Positions 54,064 through 64,000 of a DNA stretch of 64,000 bases are shown here, piece by piece; position 1 is the first letter of the stretch, and each line of letters begins with the position of its first letter. Position numbers and translations under genes: made by a program. Below the pieces are notes generated by a model, which saw only the letters and a list, made by a program, of their open reading frames with translations, was not told where the DNA came from and did not search any database. The stretch is from Callorhinchus milii (taxonomy: Eukaryota): positions 40,984,001 to 41,048,000 of the forward strand of contig NW_024704742.1 of NCBI RefSeq assembly GCF_018977255.1, read 5' to 3'.

Positions 54064-57000
54064 TAATAAAAATTAAAAATAATTTTCATAATAAATCTAA
54101 TAAACTCCATTGTTTGCCAACAAAATAGTCACCTCACTAGACAACAATTAGCATTGAGTGATGCGATAAGGTGCTGTAAAAATACAAGTTTTTTCATTTG
54201 CATGCTCTTGGATATAAATTATGAGTTGACTAGAAGGCAAAGAAAATAGTGGAAATAATCATTTTGCTCAACAAATATGTTTCAGATCTGCTACTCTCAC
54301 CAAAAAATGTATGTTAAAAGCGAGTATAGAACTTAACATGGAAAGAACTGAGAAGGAGCAAAAATTAACATTTCTTTCAATGATACATCCTGCATAATGT
54401 GACATCATCACCTTCTTATTCCCAAAACATTGACAATGAAACTTCTGCCAGACAGACAGATATTACACGAGTGCAATATACTACAGTCAGTTTTTTTTCA
54501 AATTACAAGACCAGAAGTTCGGTTCAAATGAAGAAGGCATTTCAGTCAATTTTCCTGGTCTAACTGGTCTGGAGAAGGCAAGAGGGCCACTTCGATTGCG
54601 TATTTCCTGGTATATATACAAAAGGGAAGTAAAGGGAATAAAGGAAGATTGTACAGGGAAAGGAGAGGGGTGAGCATTGGGTTCAGAACAAGACTGTACA
54701 GAGAAAAGTAGAAGAGACTTAGAAGAGTTAAGAGGGAACTGGAAAGAGACATAGCAGCAAATGCAAAACGTAGCATCAAACAATTCTATATTAATATTAC
54801 AAGAGTATAGGATTGTAGTCAGGGAAGACATTAAAACCCCGAGAGTCCCAAGAGGGGATTAAAGGGAAAATGAACAGGGGGACAGCAAACCTATTAAATG
54901 ACTAGAAAGAATTCCTGCTTGTGCCCCTTCCAGGATCGCAACACTTTCCGTAGCAGCATTGAGCAAACAGTGCGAGAGGCCTAGGGCCTCGCTCACTGTG
55001 TGTACAGGTCTATAGCGGGAGGGGGGGGTGGCGATTGTAGCAGATTCCATGTAAAAAGTGCAGCTGCACTTTTCTATTGGCCCAGGCTATAAGAAACGAT
55101 TAGATAAGATAGGGCTCTTCAATCCTGGAAAGAGCTGTCTCAGAGGAATAACACTTTGGATGAGATTGAAAGAGCAAATGCAGAACCATACTTTTGGATG
55201 CACCGAGACAGCAGAACAAGAAGACCCAAGTTTAGGGTAGCAAAGGGCAATTTCAGGACAGACATGATTGGCACAATGATATACTCACTTCTGAAGGCTA
55301 TGTGAAAACACAACTGTGATCTTTCCATTTTCTACAACATGAGTTGTTCAGATTTGTTGTTCTTAAAACGTAAATCCCCTATTCCACAGATTTATCAAAG
55401 CAGAAACTAGATGTCATCAATATGTCACATTGTTCTATTGAATTTATGTACAGCTTTGCGAGCAATAAATAACTAAACTAACTGGGTGGCAGGTGCTTGG
55501 TAGTGCAATGTGCTCAGTTTTCATTCTTATAATTCTGTTATCACATTGATTTAACCACATTGTTTAAACAGAGGATTTGAAAGGCTAGTGGTTAAGTACT
55601 TGGTGGCAAAGGTGCTGCCCACTGTGTTATAAGAAGCTGATGTTTAAATTAAAACTAAGCTAGCACCATGACAGTGAGCATCTTTGAACTCCAGCAGCAT
55701 TGTCTTAAATCCAACTTATTGCAGTCATTTGACTTCATTTAACAGACCAAGTCCTGATTCTACCCTATAAATCTTAGCCAACACCAACACTGTGCTTTCA
55801 TACTATCAGGTTACTGGGTTATAAATCAAGGGTAATCTATTAATAGAGTCCTGGACCCTGATGATGGAAAGCAGGCTTTGAAATGCACTAATTCCCATTA
55901 AATCTAGTGGCTGTTTTACCACTTCTCAGCCGAGCTGCTACAAGGAGTGCCTTGAGGTAGACAATATTGGAAGAAAGGCTTTTTGCAGAGAGAGGATCAA
56001 TCTCGTCTTCAAATGCATGTTTCCCATCAACTATCAGAAAGTAATTGACGTCAGCCTGAAGAAATACATGGTCTGGACTATGCTACCCTTTTGCTGTTCA
56101 AGGAAGCGTATAAATCAGTAATAATGGGGAATAAATTGCAGTAATTCCTTAATAAAGAATCTGTGTTGTGCAGAGTTTCAACAGAATTTCTGTGGAAACT
56201 CTAATGGGATTCCTGATTAACAAATCCAGTTCAGAAATATCAAATTAGGGGCAGCCCGATGGTGCAGTGGATATAATTTTACAGACCAGGAGCTCACTGG
56301 TTCAAATCAGTGCTGAGTTTGCTGGTCGGAGCTGGGTAAGGTAGGGGAAAAATAGTCAGGGTTCCTGCTCCGAGGCCCTCAATAGCATTGCTAGCCAATC
56401 CTTTTGGTTGGTCAACAAAATACATTTTCTTGCTTGAACACTTCTTGATTTTTGCCGTAAATTAAGAAATATTCAATCAAGAAAAACCTGAAAACACACA
56501 AAGGATCGAACATGGATCACCTACACTAGTGCAAATGTTCGCGGGGCAGCTTCTTGACAACCCATGGGCTATAGTTTAGCCAACACCGCTCTACAGCTTC
56601 TTCTACGGCTAGTGCTTGTGTGTGGCACACTGGTCAGGAGAGGGTTAGGCTCAACTGTGACAACCTCGACAATTGAGTGGTCTGATGATACTCGAGGTCT
56701 CAGGGATCGAGACCGGCAGGTAGCGCCAGGGCTGAGATCTCGGGGATTGGGACTAGCAGCGGAGACTGGTCGGTGAGTGAAAATCGTTGGGAATCATGAC
56801 CATCAATGGATTCAGGCGAAGAGACGTCATTTCAAAATCTCCTGCCTGAACCAATGGCTAAAACTCCCCGCGTGAGGTCATTTCTGCCCGCCAGTTTTGA
56901 ATTGCTGGAATTGGGTCTATTACAGTCTTTACTATTACCTCCTTCCCTTCCTCTCTCTTTCACTGTGTTATTTTCCAATTTAGGCAACTGGTAAATAACA

Positions 57001-57849
57001 CAATGAGTGTCCTGCCTCCTCTCCCCCCTCTGCACTGTCTCCTCTAGCCCCCGCTGTCTTCTCTAGCCTCCGCTGTCTCCATACCTGTGGGCTGACTATG
57101 CCCCAGTTATCGCTTTGCCTCCAGTCTCAACGTCCGCATGTTTGCTGCCACCCCCGACCCGAGCTGCTTTCCCCCAAAATGCCCCTATCCCTGTCCTCTA
57201 CCCTGCTTCACTGCCATTGACCACTTGGGCAAAGTACCAAAGGGAAACCTATGAACCCAGACTGCAGCATGTGTGGCCAGAACAGGCATAGAGAGGTATT
57301 TACCAATGCGGAGAAAATCAGAGAAAAAAATTAATATTCATTTATTAAAAAAGATTAAAAGAAATACCACAAATTAGACACCATGATGTAGGTTCACAGC
57401 TTCTGTGATTATTCAATTTTAAACTCATTCTGAACGTTACTTAATTCCTTAAATATCAGCCTCATCAGAAATTAAATTAGTCTTTTCTATCCTAATTATG
57501 CTTTGTTAAGTTTCCACCTCTATTATAAAGGGCGCTTGAGCACAATAAAGAGCCATGGAGAATTGCAGTATTTTTGTGAATTTAAGAATTTGCAAATCTT
57601 AGAACAAAAATGGTGATTATATTTTGCAAAGGCACCAATTTACTGTTTGAATGCATTTAGTGATTCTCTGGTCTGCTGGTAAACTAACCTGGATATACAG
57701 AGGTTGTGATTTGATGCATTGTTCTGAACAATTTGGGTGCGAGATTATGAAGCCTTTGCTGGAACAGATGCAGTTTCCAGCGTGTCACGTGTTCTCTATT
57801 TGATTCCAGCATATTCTTTTCCTCTGCCTCGTTCAAAGTCGAGACTGTG

Positions 57850-58010
57850 GATGCATTGGGCAGGGCTTTGGTGAAAATTGATGGTAGGCTGAAACTGCCA
57901 ACCTCTATTTCACATCTGACCTATGTCGGCCATTAGTAAGAGGTGACTGTCAACACCGATTGCTGGACTGATATTGAACCAAAGTCTCCGGAGGTGAAAT
58001 GCCGCCATTC
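57850..58010 (-). mobile_element. Possible LF-SINE-like head fragment
   Basis: ccaacctctatttcacat...ctggactgatattgaacca...gaggtgaaatgc resembles the reverse complement of the LF-SINE 5' region as I recall it. Confidence 0.4.
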
Positions 58011-60274
58011 CTTCCGCACTTGTAGAACAAACTGCCCCTTTTCATTTTCTGATTTTCACTGATGTCTGTGCGCTGGTTTAGTTTTGTATAGAAGCTTCTG
58101 AAGTTGCTGTAACTGAATGCAGACAAGAGGCACTGCTGACAGAGGTGGATAAGATCACTGGAGGGATTTTTAGTTGCAGCCTGCTTTGGTTTTTACTGCT
58201 CTATAGTATATCATGGGAATCTGAGGTGACCCCATATGACCCTGCATCCTCATGAGGACATCACAATTCCGCCCAATGGTACCTTAAAAATGCGCAAAAG
58301 AAAGCACAGTCGCAGTGGTGCAAAACAGCAGAACGTAAGTGTATCAGGTTACATGGCATTGAGACTTGGGTTAGTGCGCAATGAGGGGCTGAGCAATCGA
58401 TGTGAAAATATCAGCTGATCCCAGCACATTTCAACATTTTTGCCTTACATGGGAACAGACTGCGATACAGAGTGAACACTGACCGTGAGCAGGATGGTTG
58501 AATAGCAGATTTCCTCTTAAGATTGAAAAACAGCATTTCAGTGTGAAATCGCCAGTGTCAATGCTGCTAATGGAGCGATTGTGATAGCTTTGATTAAGTA
58601 TGACTCATTTTACTAAATGATTCATTTTTCTTCAGCAAACGTCCAAATCAAAATAATAGCAGCAAATACAGAACTCTCAGTTTCCAAGCTTAACAGTCAC
58701 TCGGTATTACCATAGAGTGTACTGTCACTATGGGGTAAAGGCTGCACCTTTTCATAACCCGTTCCCTTGTGTTAATTACCACAAGACGAATGTGTTAAGA
58801 AATATCACAAACACTTACTATTTCCTGAATAAGAACAGGCTGTGTGCATTCAGTGACCTTACCACATGTGGCATAGCAATACCTACCCCTCAATCCTAGT
58901 CTTTGATCAAAGATACTCAAATCTGCAAATTGATTCAGTCAGTTTCCTCTTTGAGACAGCATTCAAATAACAATCTGTGATATTAAAATACTTTAACATT
59001 TTGGACTGTGCAATTTTGCCGGTCCTGGAAGGAACTCCCTCCCCCAGCAGCTGGAATGTAGAGTTCAACAGAGCAAGAACCATGAAACCTTTAATTGTTG
59101 GAGGTACAAAGAATGGGCAGATAACCAGAGAAACTGCAGCAGAGACTGTTGCCTCGAGAGTTGACCGGCTAAATTATCTTCTGAATATTATGTAATTCAT
59201 GCTGCTCAAGCCGGCAGCTTAATCACCAGTGATGAAGGGAGACGGAGTAAATGGCAGAACAGTTCTGGCAGCTTGTAAATTGACCTGTACTTTCTGATGA
59301 TAAGATGAGGTGCAATTCAATATAGTGAAAACTGTGGTTGAAGCAGACACATTGAACTCCATTCGTTTTACTCAATTTATTTCTGCTGCAACATTCACCC
59401 CATGCCTTACTTATCCATCTGTCTTACTGATGGCTCCATACCTGGCTCCAATCCACGTATCATGTAAAGGCTTGAACACTTCATTCTTATATTTTACGAT
59501 GGATCAATGATCAATCACACTTAGCTATCTCTTTCTGCATGTAGTTAGTGGTTTTACATTTGTAGCTTTTTTCTTGATCTGTCCTTACTTCCTCTCCCTC
59601 TGCTCTCTTGTAAAAGGGATTCTCAACAAAAAAATTCGGGACAGTTCTAATCCAAGCTGGGTTTAGTTTGTGCCAGTGGCTGCTGATGCAGCACTCTTCA
59701 GTTAATGGGGATTCCTAGCATTTCCTGTTTAAAAGTGCCACATCGTTCCAGATTTCTTTTTGCTCACTCGCGGAGTCAGTGACATTGTACAGAAACCACA
59801 GAACGTGACACAATGAGGCCACATGTACTGTGCACACATGGAATATGAACATCCATTTGCTGTGTAAATAACAGGATTGGGAGCTGCCCCTGAATATCAG
59901 GTAACTTTCTTCCTGTTTCTGCTATTCTTATTCAGACAGCTGCTATTTGGGAAGATCAGGAAGTCTGAAATGCTTGGTGTGTACTTGCCATGGACTTGCT
60001 GTACAAGTGGATGAAAGCTCTGATTCTGTGCATATACAGAAAGAAAGCTACCAACACAGGCTGATGGAACTTAGATCTACCCACTTACATTGCGAAGCAG
60101 AATCCGCAACACCGCCGTGAATTAAGATTTATTTTCTGACCATGAACCTTCTGTCATCACAAAATTAAGATAATCACAAAAAAGAATGAAAAGGAATTAA
60201 ATAGTTGCTCGAAACAGATGAATACTGTAGCGTATGGAGAGCAAGTAGGAGAGTAGGATTTGAATGGTGCCTTG

Positions 60275-60667
60275 TGGAGTCCTGTAGCTCAGTGGTTAGA
60301 GAGAGCACGTGCCTCGCAAGCAAGTGACCCGGGTTCGATTCTCAGCAAGGTGAAAAGTTGGGCAAGTTTCCTTACTTCACACGCCTCTGTTTACCTAGCA
60401 GTAAGTAGGAACCCGGTTGTTAGTCGATTCGTCGATCGCTTTTCCAGGGTTAATAATTCCTTCAAAAAAATAATAATAAATTGGTCACTTCAATCCATGA
60501 GTGTTTGTGGGACACTGCTGTGTCCCACAAACACTCATGGATTGAAGTGACCAGCGTTTCACCCATAAAATATAGTCAATTCACTTTAAGGTATATTCTG
60601 TGAAGCGCTTTGAGACGTCTCGAAGACGTGATAAAATGTTATATCAAATGCAAGGATTATTATTATT
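60275..60667 (+). mobile_element. tRNA-Ala-derived SINE, long variant, with an internal perfect inverted duplication; inserted in a CR1 3' end
   Basis: Full head and tail. tgtggag occurs at both ends (TSD-like). Hairpin at 60482-60553. Confidence 0.9.
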
Positions 60668-60784
60668 CTGTGGAGAACTACACTAGTACAGACTTAATTG
60701 GCCGAATGGCTTACTTCTGTTCAGTAGTACTTTAGGATTCTATGTTCTTGGCATTATTGCACTATCGAGACAGGTCGTGCTCTC

Positions 60785-60875
60785 TGGCAACATCAGTCTG
60801 GAGTTTGTCTCCCAGATGCCATCGACCTATTATGCATTCCCAGCATTTCTGTCTTTATTTTAGATTTACAGCATT
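60785..60875 (+). mobile_element. Penelope-like terminal repeat fragment
   Basis: cagatgcc..cgacct...ttcccagcatttctgtctttattttagatttacagcat resembles a chondrichthyan Penelope-type tail (recalled). Confidence 0.4.
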
Positions 60876-61477
60876 GGTCTCTGTATCACCACAGAGCCAG
60901 GCTGTTTTCACGAGCAAGTCAACGGACATCATCCTCTAGGTTAACCCTTCTAACACACAGGGGAACAAACTTGCTATGAAAAATCGTAAATTAGAATCAC
61001 TGGATCCAAAGGAGAGTAGAGTTATTCATGTGATGAGCAAACCCAGATTCACAATGCGGTAAATTAATTCTGGCCCCTCCTCTACGCTGCTTTACTCGAG
61101 GAGAGCTAAAAATAGGCTATAATCACAAATCTAATTTTAACTATCAGCTTTAGGAATAAATGAGCAGACCACCTCTTTGCTCACTCCCACCCCCGTGAAG
61201 CAGAGTATTCCAGAGAGACGCTGCTTTCTGGAGGCAGCCACGTGGAGAGCACCGAGAAGACAGATAATTCTTTAATTGGATTCGTGATGACTGGATACAC
61301 AATTGGAGAGAATTGGCTCCCCGCAGAATGTGGCAGTTCTCTGAAACCAACACCACACTTGTCTTACGCTTGTATTGCTTGATATTAAAAAGCCTAGAAC
61401 ATGTACAGATTTAAATGTAAATATATTCCTATATGAAGGAAGGGGGAGAGAAAGAAAGACAGAGTGAGAAAATCTCC

Positions 61478-61858
61478 GAGAATCATAAAACGTTTTAGCA
61501 CAGAAACAGGTCTTTAGGCCCATCATGTCTGCACTGGTGCTTTGTCCCCCACATGAGCCATCTGATCTAATCCTGCTCTCTCCCCAATCCTTTAATATTC
61601 CTTCTCTTGACGTACCTATCTAGTTCTCTTTTAAAATAATTTATGGTTTCTGCTTCAATTACGGTTCGTGGCAGAGAATTCCCTATCCCAACTGTCCTCT
61701 GTGTAAAGAACATTTTCTAACCTCCGTTGTAATTCNTTTTTTGATTATCTTAAATTTGTGCTCTCTCACTATTGACTCGCCGACCCATGCAAATAATCTA
61801 TTATAATTTACCCTATCACAACCTTTATTAATCTTGAAGACTTCTATAAGGTGTCCTT
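61478..61858 (-). mobile_element. CR1 LINE 3' end
   Basis: gaatcata...cacagaaacagg...ggcccatc...ggcagagaattcc...ctctgtgtaaagaa...cttgaagacttctataaggt. Confidence 0.75.
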
Positions 61859-62049
61859 TCTCAGTCCCAATGGTTAAAAACTATCAGTAAAGAACTAAAC
61901 GCCACATGCAATCGCAATCTTCATTTGTCACATCTGTAGAGCCGCTTCAGAAAAAGTTTTAATAGATATACTTGGAGGAGTATATGTTTCTAAAAACTCA
62001 GTAGAAACTGAAATGAAGTAACCAACCACCTTGATATATATAGTATTAG

Positions 62050-63340
62050 CCAAATCTTACGTGAGGCTGGTCGTCAACCTTCTAAACATAGGCATGGGCA
62101 CACAAACCAGGACTGTACTTTGTGTTGTTCGCTGCTGCTGCAGCAGATACTTAATGTTATGGCGTTGAGCAGGACACAGAAACTACACGTGGTGGGCCTG
62201 ACGATTCTGGACTGGGCTTGATTGTTTCTTGGGAGGGTTCTAGTGTACACCACCCACATTGAAAAATTGTTCAAGTGAACCAGCCCATTATTATTCTGTG
62301 CCTATTCTGGATCTCCAAGCCAAAGACAGAGTGCTGGACGGAGGTGGATATCATGCATGGGTCAGGACTCAGATGACAAAAGAACCTCCTGTACTTTACA
62401 ACCGTCATCTGAACCCTGAGATAAGATCACAGACTTAAATGCACTCTCCCTCAGTTTTATTTTTAAATGCAATGGCTAATATGGCTTCATGTCAGTGCTT
62501 TCCAATTCCANTTTTTCTTTATCTAGAGCTGTCTCTGGCACTTGATGCGAGGGGATGTTCATTAAAAGGATATCCATGCCTCATGACCCTCAGCAGAAAG
62601 TATTAAAGGAGATTTACCGTGCAATGGTTTGCCAGGATTTAGTGCACTCGGTATCCATCATCCACATAGACTGAAATGGTAACTGTAATTGGCAGAGGAG
62701 TCTCTACTGCTTCGTAAGGGATACCAACAGACCATAGAACAGAAACTATTGCTTTCTGATGTCCCAAGGCACAGACTGTGCAAAAAGAGTGATGATGCTT
62801 TTTGAGATATTTTAGCACAGCATGTCGAGTGCAAGTTGCCTTGCTGTGGAAATAACCACACTTCTATTTTCAAATACACTTCTTCCACTGATTGCTACTG
62901 AGGTGTCAGGGTGAGCAATATCTGTGAACCTTTAGGCGCCAAGTGTTAAAGCGCTCCTACATCATATGCAGCAAAAACGGGATGCAGAGCAATGCTTTCA
63001 CTGCTCCAGTAATGTCTCACTTCCAATCTACCAAGCCTCAATACAGCAACCCTTACTATATCAATGTAACATTTTCATTCCCCACAACATATAATCTTCC
63101 AGAGATAGGCTGCGAGCTCATTGCCAATTCAATGCTGAATCCTATAGACTTGCACCCACTAAGAATGAAAAGGGTTACTTTATGCCTTCTGTGGACAATC
63201 AAGTGCAATAAAAAGGTCTTGGTCATTTCTATGGACTTAGGTCCATTGTTTCCAGTACATCTTTTGAATTCAGCTTTTATTAAATCAAGAACTGTGAAGG
63301 ATATAACTTGTGCTTTGTACATCAGCAAATGTAACACTAG
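62050..63340 (-). pseudogene. Heavily decayed piggyBac-type transposase (frameshifts, stops, deletions)
   Basis: Collinear motifs on the minus strand: LDLIKAEFKR, NELAAYLxKIIxxG, EVRHYWSS...HPVFAA, MxxERF, VYVDDGY (DNxYTS-like), RHGYP, ILAIAFKNK, CSFC...PGLCAH (Cys-rich tail). Confidence 0.62.
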
Positions 63341-64000
63341 GTATTACTCCCAAACATCAAACGGTCAAAAGGACTTTCTCATACATATTAGTTCCTCAAC
63401 TGACCAAGATACAATAACAATAAATTTATTTAAGGAGACAGTCAGTCCAGGGAAGTACTGAACATATCACCAAAAGTAAGCCATTCAGCCCATTGAACTG
63501 CTTTTGTCATATTTTACGATCGTGACACAACTCATCACTCCATTTCCCTATCGTTTCCCAAAATCCCTTAATACTGTATTGAATAAAATAAAATTGTCTG
63601 CCGTTAGCATGAGAAATCCTCATTTTTCTACAGCACCTGGGATCGTTGAGCTCTTACACTAGGTGATAGAAGTTACAAGGGGCAGAGCTCATGTGTCTAC
63701 TGAGACGCTCCATTGCATTTAACAGCGGCAGACATTTGGGAGTTAATGAAGACTCGATACAGAACTTGACCGCTGTAAAGATGAGTATCAACAAGTGTTC
63801 AGTGATACTCAGTGGTACCAGGTTTTCCTGGGGATTGGTGGCTCCAGATCATCTCTCAGACCATACTTCCCCCAGATAAATTTGAGAGCTGCGCAAGGAC
63901 GTGTACAACTCCTCTCATTAATATATCATCAGAGTGGCCCAAAATAGAGTAGGTGGCTCGCAGGAAGTGTATACCATTAGTACAGTATCATTCTTCAATG

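Larger units (their letters stand above)
1..64000 (-). other. LDB2: Window lies within the LDB2 transcription unit (introns: >37 kb upstream of exon 3; 2785 nt between exons 3 and 4; 8974 nt between exons 4 and 5; >14 kb downstream of exon 5)
   Basis: By eye I found neither the preceding exon (DSDNLWWDAFATEFF...) nor the following exon (LCVILEPMQELM...), so both flanks are inferred to be intron. Confidence 0.8.

Noticed and set aside
50275..62511. Single N bases at 50275, 61736 and 62511
   Set aside because: All adjoin homopolymer runs, which points to assembly or base-calling ambiguity rather than biology.
62943..63461. 172-aa plus-strand ORF as a novel gene
   Set aside because: No recognisable domain or exon context; it lies antisense to the piggyBac relic.

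Overview
Vertebrate genomic DNA that is AT-rich, repeat-dense and non-operonic. It is most likely a cartilaginous fish, possibly a holocephalan such as the elephant shark; this is inferred from the repeat landscape of Deu-domain SINEs, L2 and CR1 LINEs and Penelope-like tails. The window lies inside a minus-strand LDB2 (LIM domain-binding 2) gene. Three coding exons can be read with canonical GT-AG sites and continuous frame: 26378-26206 (173 nt), 23420-23298 (123 nt) and 14323-14240 (84 nt). I could not find the flanking exons, so the rest is treated as intron. The introns hold a young tRNA-Ala-derived SINE in long and short variants, older Deu-domain SINEs, L2 and CR1 fragments, a pogo/Tigger-type MITE, hAT ends, a heavily decayed piggyBac transposase and a 19-bp minisatellite with higher-order structure. 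I see no convincing new multi-gene system. The most noteworthy items are a perfect 34-bp fold-back hairpin created inside one SINE copy, the hidden piggyBac relic, a paired RFX X-box/E-box cluster near exon 4, the minisatellite sitting at an inverted-CR1/L2 junction, and the modular SINE subfamily structure. Repeat-family names come from recalled consensus features, not database searches, and repeat boundaries are approximate.
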